From the human T2T-CHM13v2.0 reference genome, Homo sapiens, in the NCBI RefSeq assembly GCF_009914755.1, contig NC_060942.1: 64,000 nucleotides of DNA, one strand, 5' to 3'. Position numbers and translations under genes: made by a program. Position 1 is the stretch's first letter. The number at the start of each line of letters is the position of its first letter. Under the pieces are notes generated by a model. It searched no databases. It was given only the letters and a program-made list of their open reading frames with translations, and had not been told where the DNA came from. Below, in pieces: positions 1-15,425 of this stretch.

Positions 1-1169
1 CATACCTAACCCAAGGATGCAGCCTAGGGAGAGGTCTCTTAAGTGCACATAATACAGAATTTTATAGATGAATTCGGTATATGATGCTCTTGTTAATTTG
101 CTTAAACCATGTTTCTCTGAAGGTGAAATTCATAACAACTTTCTGTTACACCTGTATATGTGTGCTTATTAATAATAAATAAACAAGGAAGCAAAAGCAA
201 TGATAAACTAAGCAATAGAAAGGGACAGAAAGGGAGAAAATAACCAAGAGTTTGGTGAAATATTCAACCTCACAAGAAATCTAACAAGTCACTGCTTAGA
301 GAAGACCAAGAGTATGGAGAAAGAGATCACTTTTTTGGATGTGAAGGGACTACTGAAAACTGAAGATGGAGCAGGAGCCTGAAAAATACCTGCCCACACT
401 CCAGGCCTCACACTAAGTACAAGATAGCAGCCACCCACAGCTGGAGGAATTTGAAATCTGGGGTGCGCTGTAAGTAACTACAGCAACAGGAAAACTCAAC
501 CCCAGCTCACCTGATGGACTCAGTCACTTACACCAAGGACCTACCAAAAAACAGGTGGACCCATTTCTACTATTCTACACAAATTGTTTAGCTTTTAATC
601 AAAAATTACAAGACACAAAGGTGGGGGGGAAAAATTAAACCACTCTCAACAGAAAAAGAAATAAATTATGACTCCTACTATGCAAGTGTTAGAAATGATA
701 TTTAGAACATGGAAATATACACATGGTGTGGTCTTGGAAGTAGAAGAAAAATTCACATTACCTCCTCATTCTCATATAAATAAAAATAAATACAATAAAT
801 TTCTAAAAGTATTACACCAAAAATAGTGCTTTTACTCAGGTGGTGAGGCTATATTTTTTTAAATGGGTTTTGCTTTCTACTTTTTCAGAATTAATGTATT
901 ATAATCATGTATTTTATATAATAGTAATATGCTCCCTTTAGGGAAAACATATATTATTATGAAAGACATATTTTTCATAATATTTTGTTATATAAAAAGA
1001 GCTTAGACTGCATGGCTACCAAAGAGGCTACAAGTAACAGACTGCTCAGTGAAAAAGAGACCAGTCACTAGTGGACAAAATGTTTAATTGTCCTGCCATG
1101 AAAAGGCTGGACAAAAAATAAAATACCCCAAAACATGATTCTTAAAGATTAGTAATGTTGTTGCTATCA

Positions 1170-1310
1170 TCAACATTATTTGTTTAGCATTTACTAGGTG
1201 CTATAAACACTAATTATATTTGTTCCTTTAATACTCATAACTTTGTTAAATAAATGCCAATAAGATCTCTATTTTACAGATGAGGAAACTGACATGTAAA
1301 GTTTGAATAT
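1170..1310 (-). mobile_element. MIR SINE fragment
   Basis: Core 'attttacagatgaggaaactga' (reverse complement of the MIR core) preceded by 'agcatttactaggtgc'. Boundaries approximate. Confidence 0.7.
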
Positions 1311-1369
1311 ATGAAAACACCAGCAAATTATCAAACCCAATTAATATAAAGTAAATAATGAGGATGATC

Positions 1370-1560
1370 TGTCATTTACTGATCATGTACTATATTCTAG
1401 ACTCTGATTTAAGTGACTTAGATGTTGCTTCAAAATAACTGTGTAACTTAAACTCAGAGAGTTTAATCAACTTGTACAAGGTCACACAGCCAGTAAGGGA
1501 GGGTGCCTAGATTCAAATGGAGACATATCATGCTTCAGGTTAGACTCTCAATTTCTGTGC
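1370..1560 (-). mobile_element. MIR SINE fragment
   Basis: 'aaactcagagagtttaatcaacttgtacaaggtcacacagccagtaag...agattcaaa' matches the MIR reverse core. Confidence 0.7.
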
Positions 1561-2029
1561 TTTAAAGATATGACATTGAAAATTGTGAAATCTGAGCATT
1601 TTGCCAAATCCTGCTAGACAATCTGATGCATTTTATAGAATATTCCTGATTTTTGCCATGGCTTTGGATTCCGGTTGAGTGACTCTTGCTTGCTTGCCTG
1701 GTTTTAACCCATTCCCGTTCAAGCTTGTTTTTCACAAAGTTTCTGGTGCAGTCTGACATGATTTGAAACCTGTGGCTATAAGGCCCTCTCTGCTATTTTG
1801 CTTTATTAATTGCAGGCAGAAGACCTTGCACTGATCTCATACCTAAAATCAATACAGCAGTATGATCTTTCAGCATTTTTTTTTATTATTTTGTTTCCAA
1901 CATACTAGTGGTTTTGTTCCTTTTTAATATTTTATTTTTATTAAAATATACTCATCGTTTTAGAAAGTCATAACATTCTACATAACTAATTATAAACATC
2001 CATTGTGCTGAAGGACTTGATGAGGCTTT

Positions 2030-2520
2030 CCAATCTGGAACCCATATCCTTCAGTTTGAGAAATTTCCTTAGTTACTGTTTTGATAAATTTCTCCCTGCA
2101 GTTTCTTGACACTATTTTCCTGGGACTTGCTTAATTAAAAATAGACTTTTCTGAAATCATTATCTAAGTTCCTTATGTGGTCTCTCTGCTTTCTGTCTTT
2201 CATCTGTTTGCTCTACTTTCTGTGAGATTTCCTTATTTTTACCTTCTAATCCTCTTACTAAACTTTGCATTTCTAGATCTATGTATATTTGATTTCCAAG
2301 GGCTACTGTTTTGTTCTGTGAATGTTCCTCTTCTGTGCTTTCCTATTTCCCTAATGTGACATCTTCTGTTATCTAACTGAGAAATCTGAGTTACATATTT
2401 TTGTGAAGTTTTCATTTGCCTCTTGCATTGTGTCTGTTGTTTCTGAGTCTCTTGCTTTATCTCTGCTCCTTCTTTTCCGTATCAGAGGGTCCCTTATACT
2501 TTTGGTGATCCTTGGGCATT
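2030..2520 (-). mobile_element. Old L1M ORF1-region fragment (degenerate)
   Basis: T-rich segment with 'catatccttcagtttgagaaatttc', resembling reverse L1M ORF1. Highly diverged. Confidence 0.4.
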
Positions 2521-2844
2521 CTTCCCAGATCCAAGTGAAGGGGGAGGACAGGAATCTTACTTTTCAGTCATAGACTTTTCACTGAATCTGTTTTCAATAA
2601 TGCAATCCCCCCTTAGCTATTCCTGAGAGTCTCAAGATATTGAACATCTCATAAATCTCAACTTTGTGCAGTGAGGTTTCTTTTCACTTCTTATAGTACA
2701 CCAACCAATTCTCTGACATGCATGCTCCTGTACCTTCAGAAGGAATCTGTGGGTCTTATTTCTAATCTGCCTGTCCAGGCTTCCTACAGTTCCATCAAAG
2801 TCTTCAGCTTTCTCTGGACATGAATCCAGTTATTCACTCTGTGG

Positions 2845-4500
<1,656 letters not shown>

Positions 4501-4846
4501 CTGATTTAGAAAAATCTATAACTCAGCATAAGTTCTGTTTATAAACAATGTATATATTAAAATGCAGAATAGTTTGAAAAAGATAAAATGAAGAAAAAAG
4601 AAAATTAAATGTAAATAATTGAGATCACATACAGTATGTTCTCAGATCACAAGTGAAATTGAAACAATAAAAATAAGGATATTGTAAAAAGTCTAAATAT
4701 TTAATATTAACCAAAACACATCTAAGTTCCTTATGGTGTAAAGAAGAAATCACATGACAGTACAGAAAATATTTTAAATTTGATAAAAATGAACAATGTA
4801 TTAAAATGTGTATGATGCACAGAAAACATGTCTAAGAAATAAGTAA

Positions 4847-5195
<349 letters not shown>

Positions 5196-5539
5196 AAATG
5201 TTTATATTATTATAAGAAGAAAATGCAAAGTTAAAATTTTACCATTATCCAGTTTTTGAACCATCAATCAATGAACTTAGTATGCATCTTGAAAATCTAG
5301 AAAAAAATAAAAAATTAAACACAAAAGAAGCAGAAATGAAAAAATAAAAAAAAACAAATCAGTAAAATAGAAAAGCAAAATAGGGGTCAATGAAACAAAA
5401 AAACTTTTTAAAAGGTTAATAAAATTGGTTTATCTCTGGCTAGACTGAGAAATGTTGAGAGAGGGAGAGAGAGATAGAATGAATGCCAAAAATAATGAAA
5501 ATAAAGAGTGTTATGAGTAAAGATTTCACACAATTCTAG

Positions 5540-8385
5540 TTCTGGCTAAGATGAATAAACACCTTGTCTTACCACTGAATGTAAAACTGGATATACTTCA
5601 TGGAGCAGTTTGAGGGCTCTGAAAATTAAATACTAGCAGGCAGATTTGGGAAGAAATCCAGAATTCAAAGACAGTCCCTCTAGCTCAAAGAGTAGGAAGG
5701 AGAACTCCTCATGCTCAGATAGAATAGGAAATCCTCAAGGTGTTTTTTTCTTTTCTCCATTCTTGTACAACCTAGCCCCTAAACAATCATCTGGTGGTGG
5801 TAGTAGAGGTCCCAGTTGGAGTCTGCAGGAAACAAAACCCTGATAGAAAGGAAAGCTCCTCTCTGATGAGCGAAGCTGTGGTGCTAAGATGGCAGGGCAA
5901 ATCACCATTGCTTTTTTTTTTTTTTTTCTAACTCTCTTCTCCCATTGTTTGTGCTCATGTCACTTAGGAACAGCCACAAAACTGCATGGCAGAGCAGATA
6001 ACTAAAGCCCCAGCTTTTTAGCCAGATAACTGAAAAGAGAAACTCCAGACAGCCAGAAAATATTAAGGAGAGGGAAGAATTTTAAAAAGCAACACCGTAA
6101 AGTTGTTTATGAGCTCCCAGTCTTACCCACAGCTATGAATAAATGGATCTGATTCTAGTCAGCATATCAAAGTCTTTGAGAACTGAATTAAGAAATAGAA
6201 CACTCTACAAGTCACAGATTAGCCAGTGGGTGGCACACACATGAGAAAATTCAAATAGCGCTACAAATGTTTTGAAAACTGAACTGACATTCAACCATAA
6301 CACACAGAAGGCAGGAACTTGTGGTATGAGTCTAAACACATTAATTGCCCACTAACTAGTATCATGTTTAATAAAATACAGTAAGAACCAGCATGTCATA
6401 ACATAATATTAAAAGTGTCTAAAATTACTCAGCGTATGAAAATCCCAACTCATCTGGGAAAAAGACAATCAACAAAAATCAAGACATGACACACATGTTG
6501 GAATTATCTAAAAGACGTTTTGCAGCAGCTATTATACAAGTGTTCCAACGAGCAGTCGTAAACCCTCTTGAAATGAATAGAAACATAGAGATTCTTAGTA
6601 AAGAAATAGAAGACTTTGAAAAAACAAATAGAAGCGTTATAACTGAAAAACACAATAACCAAAAGGAAAACCTCACTGGATGAGCTCAATAGCAGACTGG
6701 AAATGACAGAAGAGTTAGTGAATTTGAACATACATCAATGGAAATGATTTGATCTAAACAAAAGATTTAAAGTGAGATGAACTTCAGGGACCTATAAAAC
6801 AGTAATATCCATATCTAATATTCAAGTCATCAGAATTCATTAAGAAGAAGAGAAAAACTGGTGCTGAAAAAAATATATAAAGAAATAATGACTGAAAACA
6901 TTCCAAGTGTGAAACAGGACAGATTCAGGAAGCTCAGTGGGCCCCAAAAAGGATACACAAAGAAATCTATGCTCAGACAAATCATAATGAAATGTCTGAA
7001 AACTAAAAACAGTAAAAATATTGAAAAAGGTAGAGAAAAACAATGCATTACCCTGAGAGGGACAGCTATTTGGTTACTGCAGATTTCTCATAAGAAACTA
7101 TGAGGACCAGCATAACATTTTTTGAATTCTGAAAAAAAAATTAACCCCTCATTCTATTTCTAGTGAAAAGGCCTTCAGAAATGAAGGTGAAATAAAGACT
7201 ACATTAGTTTGCAAGGACTGCTGTAACAAGGTACCATGAACTGGGTGGCTTAAACAACAGAAATTTATTGTCTCACAATTCTTTAGGCTAGCAGTCTGAA
7301 ATCAAGGTGCCATCTGGTTGGGTCCTTCTTAGAGCTGGGCAGGAAAGGTCTGTTCCAGACCTCTTCCCTTGGCTTGTAGGTGAATGCTTTCTCCTTGTGA
7401 CTCTTCCTGTCACTGATGCATATCTGCCTCTTTGTCTAAAGTTCTCACTTTTTATAAGAATACTAGTCATATTAGATTAATGGTAACCTCATTTTAACTT
7501 GATTATCTCTGTAAAAACCCTATTCACATCTAAATTATTGGAGTTTAGGATCCAGCATGTCTTTCTGGAGAGTACACCATCCAACCCATTCACAAATAAA
7601 GGATGGTTAAGAGAACTTGTTGCCAGGCCTGCTCTAAAAGAATTGCTAATGGAAGTTTTTCAGACTGAGGGTGAATGACAACAAAAGGAAATGTGGGATA
7701 ACTGGAATGAAGGGCTGACAACAGAAGTAATAAATATCTGGGTAAATATAAAAGACTATTCCTCTCTTCATTAGCTCTTTATAATTTATTGGACAGTTGA
7801 AACAAAAAATAACATCTATTGTCATTTTGAATGTATATAAGTCAAATAAAGGATGTCTATGGTATAAAATAAAGACAGGAAAGGAACTATACAGAATAAT
7901 GTTTCTACATTCCACTTAAGTAGTAAACTACTGATTCTAAGTAGACTAGGAAAAGTCAAGTATATATATTGTAACCCCTAGAACAAACGCCATACAAACC
8001 AAAGAGGTATTGTCAAAATTATAACAAATATATTAAAATGGAATACTTAAAAATGTTTCCACTTAAATATAATCCAAAAAGATGAGAGGAAATGGGAAAT
8101 AGAGGTGTGAAAAACAAGGGTACAAACAAAAAACAAATGATAAAATGGTAGACCTAGATCCAAACACATCAATAATTAAATTAAGTGTAGTCAAAACACA
8201 CTAATTTACAGACATGGATTGTGAGAAGAGGTTTTAAAAACATGACCCACCAATATGATGTCTATATAAATCTAACTTTCAATATAACTAGTTTAAAGTA
8301 AAAGTACCAAAAAAAGATACATCATGCGAATACTAATCAAAGGAAAATTGGAGGAATAACATCAGCAAAAGGATCAACTGTTATT
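5540..8385 (+). mobile_element. Old L1M 5'UTR/ORF1/start of ORF2, interrupted by MLT1 LTR
   Basis: ORFs 6486-6683 and 6861-7103 are decayed L1 ORF1 (EIMTENIP..., RQIIMKCLKTK). The ORF2 endonuclease start lies near 8150-8340. Confidence 0.7.
7199..7594 (-). mobile_element. MLT1 (MaLR) solo LTR
   Basis: 'attagtttgc...gctgtaacaaggtaccatgaactgggtggcttaaacaacagaaatttattgtctcaca' is the reverse MLT1 3' end. Confidence 0.85.
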
Positions 8386-10105
8386 AGGAGATTCCCAGTT
8401 CTTATTTCTCCATAGAAACATTGAAAGAACAACCAGAAGCTGTCTGAAACAACTTTATAGAATTTCTAAATAATAGTCAAATATTTACTGCAACCAAGCA
8501 AATGACCAAACAATAAAAAGCCATTTTCAAAAGGAAGGAAGGTTTTGTGGGGCTCTTACACTTATTCAGGCACCTCCCTGACATGATGGCAGAATTGGTT
8601 TGCTGCAGGTAGCAGCCCTGTTTCCAACCCCTCCCTCCAAATCAGAGATTGCAGAAGAGATCTTATTGGCAAGTTATTGTGTACATCTCTTCTCGCCTGT
8701 CTGATGAATGCCCGAAGGACTTATGCAAGGCATTCATTTTGCATAATTTTGAAAACATGCAAGAAAAGTGGCAGGAACTACTCATAAAATCTACAGGACT
8801 GACTACAAACCTACAGATGCTTGGGGCAAAATATTACAAGTAGAAGCATACAATAGGCCATCTCAGTCATGCAGGAGACACTGAAGAAGAAGCTGAAGTG
8901 AGACTCCTTAGGAAATAAGGACATTCAAAAGCAGCTAGATAAATGGGGAAATTTTTTGAAACCTCGCATATACCTAGCCAAGACATATGCTCAGAGAAAT
9001 CCTGGAAGACCTTAAGTTTTCATCGTGGGCTGATCCCTGGGCTCAGAAAAACTTAAGTTAATTGGTGAAGAAGTGCCTCAGCACAGGGCCAAACTGCAAA
9101 GATTAGGAGAGGGGGTTACTTTTTCTTTCTGGTGTGTGTTTGTTCATTATTATGTTTGTTTCAGGTCTTGGCATTCAAGTACATTTCTGTCAAGACATTA
9201 GGTAAACACAAGTTAAAGGAACAAAGACTTCAGTAATTACATATTAAAGCATAGCCTTTGCAAAAATATTTTGGTAAAGTCTCAAAAAAACCACAAATGG
9301 GCTACTAAAGCATTGAACAATCAAAGAGAGGGAGAAAGAGAGAATGAGAAAAAGACAAAGAGAATCTGGTTTCCAGGTTACCGCATTATAATGGTCAGAG
9401 GTCCAAATGTTACATAACAAAAAAACAAGGCATACAAAGAAACAGAAAAATACGGTTCATTCAAAGGAACAAAATAACAAAAACTATCCACGAGGAATTC
9501 CAGACATAAGATTTACCACACAAAGGCTTTAAAACAACTGGAGGAAAATTTGGCTTTAAATATGACCAAAAATCTAAGGAAAAAAATAGGCAAAGGACTA
9601 AAAGAAATTAGGAAAACAATATATTAACAAAATTAGAATATCTATAAAGAAATAGACATTATTAAAGGAACCAAACAAATTCTGGGGCTAAAAAGTAAAA
9701 TAACTGAAATAAAAAATTCACTACAAGTGTGAAACAGCAGATTTGAGCAGGCAGAAAAGAGAATAAGCAAAATTGAAGATAGGACACTTAAAATTCTTGA
9801 GTATGAGGAGAAGAAAGAAAAAAGAAGAAATAAAAGTGAGTCAAAGGGACTTGTGGCACAACATAAAAATTATGGAATCCTGGAAGAAGAAAAAAAAGAG
9901 AGATAAGGAAAAGATTATTTGAAGAAATGATGGCTGAGAACTTCCCAAATTTGATGAAACACGTGTATGTACAAATACTAGAAGATCAACATACTCCAAG
10001 TAGAACTCAAACAGACTTGTACCACGACACATGATAATCAAACTGTCAAAAGACCTAGAAAGACTCTCAAAAGCAGCAAGAGAAAAGCAACTAATCACCT
10101 ACAAG

Positions 10106-10701
10106 TGTAGGATATAATAAATTCTTCTTCAAAAGTTTTAGCCGGTGAATTGTTAAGTACAATGAGTTCTGAGATCCTCTCCAAGGAACCAATGTATCAT
10201 TCAACTCCCCTGTTCTTTGTTCTTCATTTCAAAGTTTAACTTCCTCGTTCTCTTTGTCTCCTTGCCCCTAGTTTCAGTAAACAACCCCCTCCTATCCTCT
10301 ATCACTTGCTCCATCCTGAGTCACCCCTTGTCACCTGCTCCATCCTGAGTCAGCTCTGGTCACCTGCTCTGACTTGAGTCATCCTGAGTCACCTATTCTG
10401 TAACCATCCTTCCTACCAATCTACTCAACCCGCCACTCTGACTCGTACCCCTGCTCTCTTTAAAATAGCCAATTGGAATTAGCTTAGACTGTTCGGTCCA
10501 ACCCTAGCCAGCAGAGGAATGACACAGCAGTAGGGGCTACCAGTGTCAGGAATAAAAACCCCTTCTTCTCTCTTGTTCAGGTGTGCTCTCACTATTGATC
10601 CATCCATGAGTCACACCATCTATAGAAGTAAAATTGCCTTGCTGAGAAAATTAATGCTCAAGTGCTATTTCTTTTGCAGCACCTAAAATTTATTTGTAAT
10701 A
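10106..10701 (+). mobile_element. LTR10-type (HERV-I family, LTR10A-like) solo LTR
   Basis: Starts tgtaggatataataaatt. Internal 29-bp repeats carry TGAGTCA. AATAAA at 10551. TSD caag at 10102-10105 and 10702-10705, splitting L1 ORF1 'cacctacaag|ggatt'. Confidence 0.8.
10317..10613 (+). promoter_or_regulatory. Cluster of five AP-1 (TGAGTCA) sites in the LTR10
   Basis: TGAGTCA at 10317, 10346, 10375, 10385 and 10607. The motifs are directly visible; function is untested. Confidence 0.6.
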
Positions 10702-12194
10702 CAAGGGATTCTCATTAAGATTTTCAGCCAGTTTCTTGTCAAAAATATTGGAGGAATATTTAGGAATAGGAAGCAATGAGGTGATACATGTAATGTGCTT
10801 TAAAAGATTAATTCACTTTAAAAAAGCTGTCAACCAAGTATTCTATCTCTGGAAGAACTGTCCTTCAAAAGAGAGGAAGAAATTAAGACATTCCCAGATA
10901 AGCAAAAGCTGCACAAATTTGTTATCTCTACATCTGCCCTACAACAAATGCTAAAGAGAGTCCTGCAGGTTGAAATGAAAAGACCATATGGCTTTACTAG
11001 TAAATTGTATTAAACATTTAAAGAAGAATTAACCCCAATCCTCAAACTCTTCCGATAGGAAGAACACTTTCTAACTCATTCTATGAGGTTAGCATTTCCC
11101 TGACACCAAAATGAGACAAAGTCACTACAAGAAAACTATAGAAAAATATCCCTTATAAATATTGATATAGAAATTTTCAACAAAATATTCAAAAGCTAAA
11201 TTTATCAACATATTAAACAGATTATACACTATGACCAAGTGGGATTTATTTCTAGAATTATAATGATTGTTTTACATGCAAAAAGCAATGAGTGTATTAT
11301 ACCTCATTAACAAAATGAAAGAAAGAAAACCCACATGATTATCTCAATTGTTGCAGAAAAAGCAATTGGCAAAATTCAATACACTTTCATGATAAAAAAA
11401 AAAACCACTGAAACCACTCAAACTATAAATGGAAACATACAAAACATAATAAAAGACCATAAAAGAAACCTGTGGCTAATTTCATAATCATTGGTGAAAG
11501 GTTGAAAGATTCTGCCTTAAGATCAGGAACAAGACAAGTATACCTGCTGTCACCACTTCTATTCAACATAATATTGAAAGTTCCAGCCAGACTATTTGAA
11601 GAAATAATAGCTATTATTCTTTAATATTAAATTATTCTCATTAAAGAATAATTGCAAGAAAAATAAAGACAAGAAAAAAATAAGTAAAAGGCATCCAAAC
11701 TGGAAAGAGCTTATACATGAATTTAACTAAGTTTCAGTATACAAAATTAACACACATAAATTTCTATATATTAACAATAAACAATCCTAAGGGAAATTTT
11801 AGAAATCTATTTACAATAGCAACAAAAGAAAAAAAAAACCTTAGGATTAAAAGTTAGCCAAGGAGGCAAAAGACTTATATGTTGAAAACAAAACATTACA
11901 GAAAGAAATTTAAAAATATATAAACGGAAAGACATTTTATGTTCACGCATTAAAGACAATATTGTTAAGATGACAATCTATAGATTCAATGCAATTCTTA
12001 TCGAAATCCTAACAAAAATATTTGCATAAATAAAAAAACCACAATCTAAAATTAATGTGGCATGACAAGGAATCCTGAAGAGCCAATGCAATTTTGCAAA
12101 AGGACAAATTTGAAGAATTCACACTTCCTGGATTCAAAACTTACTGTGGAGCTACCGTAATCAAAACAGCGTGGTATTAACATAAGGTCAGATT

Positions 12195-12539
12195 TGTATA
12201 GACAGACTGTGTCCCCCTAAAATATAAACTCTCAATGTGATGGAATTAGGAGGTGGGATCTTTGGGGAATAGTTAGATCATGATTGTGGAGATTGAATGA
12301 GATTAATGCCCTTATAAAAGAGACACCAGAGAGTGCCGTAGCCCGCTTTCTGCCATGTGGATTATACAATGAGAAGATGGCAGTTTGCAACCTAGAAGAG
12401 GACTCTCACCAGAATCTGACCATGCTGCCACCCTGATCTCAGACTTCCAGCCTCCACAACTGTGAGAAATAAATTTCTATTGTTTATAAGCCATTCAGTT
12501 GCTATGTTACTTTGTTGTAGCAACCCAAACTGACTAACA
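12195..12539 (+). mobile_element. MLT1A-like solo LTR inserted in L1 ORF2
   Basis: 'tgtgtcccccta...aatgtgatggaattaggaggtggg...tgagaaataaatttctattgtttataagcc...gactaaca'. Confidence 0.88.
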
Positions 12540-12715
12540 GATATATACGACAATGAATTCTAATTAAAAGCCCAGAAATAAAACTTTGCATATATGGTCA
12601 ACTGATTTTTCACAAGGGTGTCAGATCATTTAATGGAGAAAGGACAGACTTTTCAACAAATTATATTTGGAAAATTGAATGTCCACATGCAAAATAATGA
12701 AATTGGAACCTTTTT

Positions 12716-13014
12716 CTTTATTATTATACTTTAAGTTCTAGGGTACATGTGCACCACGTGCAGGTTTGTTACATAGGTATACATGTGCCATGTTGGCTTG
12801 CTGCACCCATTAACTTGTCATTTACATTAGGTATTTGTCCTAATGCTATCCCTCCCCTTGCCCCCACACCCCATGACAGGCCCTGGTGTGTGATGTTCCC
12901 CGCCCTGTGTCCAAGTGTTCTCATTGTTCAATTCCCACCTATAAGTGAGAACCTGCGGTGTTTGGTTTTCTGTCCTTGTGATAGTTTTCTCAGAATGATG
13001 GTTTCCAGCCTCAT
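12716..13014 (-). mobile_element. 5'-truncated L1PA 3' end (about 300 bp)
   Basis: 'ttattatactttaagttctagggtacatgtgc...gaatgatggtttccagc' is the reverse L1PA 3'UTR. Confidence 0.92.
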
Positions 13015-13416
13015 TCTTTCCTTATACCATATACAAAATTAACTCAAAATAGATCAAATACTTAAATGTAAGAACTAAAATCCTAAGACTCTTAGAAGAA
13101 AACATATGGTAAATTCTCTATGCATTGGATGTGGCAGTGATTTCTTGAATATGACATCAAAAGTACTGGCAACAAAAGAAACAAATAAACTGGACTTTAT
13201 CAAAATTAAAAACTTTTATGCATCAAAGTACAATATCAACAGAGTGAAAAAAAACCTCACAAATTGGAGAAGATATGTGCAAAGCATCTATCTAGTAAGG
13301 GATTAATATCCAGAATTCATAGAAGCCCTATAGCTCAACAAAGAAACCAAATACCGAATTAAAATGGCAAAAGCCTTGAATAGACATTTCTTCAAAGAAG
13401 ATACACAAATGGCTAA

Positions 13417-13710
<294 letters not shown>

Positions 13711-14881
13711 TCACTAGTTGTTAATGCAAATCAAATCCACAAAGAGCTACCATTTCACATCCATGACCTAGGTTAGCTATTCTCAAAACAAATAAGCAAA
13801 ATGCAGCAGAAAGCATCTAATATTGGGAAAGATGTGGAAAAATTAGAACCTTCATGTATTGCTGGTGGTGAAGTAAAATAGTGTAGCCACTATCTAAGAC
13901 AATACGATGGGGCCTCAAAAATTAAATATAGGTAACTTATGATGTAGTAATTCCATCTCTAATGTATACCAAAAGAAATAAAAGCAGTGACTTCAACAAA
14001 TACTTGTACAGTCATGTTCATTGAAGTGTCATTCACAATAGCCAAAAGGTGGAAACAACCTCATTGTTCATCAGCAGATGAATGGATAAACAAAATGTGG
14101 TATATCCATATAATGGAATATTATTCAACCTGAAAGAGGAATGGAATTGCGGTATATGCTACAACATAGCAGAATCTTGAAAACATTATGCTAAATGAAA
14201 TAAACCAACCAAAAAAAGGATAAACATTGTATGATTCCATTACTTAAGTTACTTAGAATACTCAAATTCATGCATGCAAATCAAGTCCCAAAAGCAGAGC
14301 AGAGAGTAAACAAAACAGAAACAATACTTGAAGATATAATTGCCTGAGATTTTTCAAAACTCGCTGAAGATATCAAAATACAGAACTTACAACTCCCTAC
14401 AGACTTTAAGTTAGATAGATACAAATAAAAACATACCTAGAAACATCAGAGGAAAACTTGAAAAACAGAGGAAATGAAAATCTTCAAAGTGGCCAAAGGG
14501 AGAGAAATGATACACAGCTTTCAATGAAGTGACAAAACTTTCTAGATGATCTTGCAACAGAAACAATGTAATCTAGAAGACAAGAGAATGACATATTTGA
14601 AGTACTGAAAGAAAACAACAGTCAACATAGAATTCTATACTCAGTGTAAAATAGCTACCAAATATGAAGGGGAAAAAAGCCACTTACAAATAAAATATAG
14701 GAATGTATTGCCAGCAGACCAATAGAATAAGGTATATTAAAGATAGTTCTTCAGAAATAAGGAAAATAATCCTAATCAGATAAAGAGGAATGGAAATGGT
14801 GTACATCTGAGCAAATATGAATGAACGACAACTGTGCAGAACAATAACAACAATTATTATGCTATTGTTATTGTGACATTT

Positions 14882-15425
14882 TGTGATGTTAGTGATAAAC
14901 CTGGACACTAGTTATAGTGGTAAGGACAGATTTTAATCAGCTATTGCAGTAGGGAAACAAGTCCAGCATATACCAAATTCAACTTTAATTTGTACAGAGG
15001 TCATTGGGTGTTTTAAAGGCAGAATAAAGGAGTAGGGAAGTTTAGTGGGAGCTCAAGAGAGTCAGGCAAGTGAAATATTACAAAAGTTAGTCAGTATAAA
15101 TGAGATTAGGCCTGCTGTTTCAGCTAGTTGGAAATTACTGAAGTTAGATTTCTATCCTCCCACAGAGCCTGGGTGGTATTGGCTGAAACCAATTAAGTTA
15201 TTGCTCAGGAATTGGCTGAAACAAATGAATTTTTTTTTTTTTTTTTTGCAGTCTCAAGTTTTCTCAAGCAGGCCCTTTAAAGGGAGTGAGGTGTCATCTT
15301 CAGAATGTGGCCTTGAGCTATTACTGTGTTAGTGTTTTTAAGTCTTATAGGCCATTGTTGAGGCCTCATCTACAGGGGGCTCAGGGGAGCCTGGCTAGAG
15401 TTCGGTTATGTGGAGAATCTTTGCA
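14882..15425 (-). mobile_element. ERV1 solo LTR (MER67/MER31-like)
   Basis: Reverse strand begins tgcaaagattctc...actctagccaggctcccctgagccc, resembling MER67/MER31 5' ends. Confidence 0.6.

Noticed and set aside
10295-10395. Regularly spaced repeats suggesting a CRISPR-like array (also 26963-27043)
   Set aside because: Tandem units without unique spacers, in eukaryotic LTRs.
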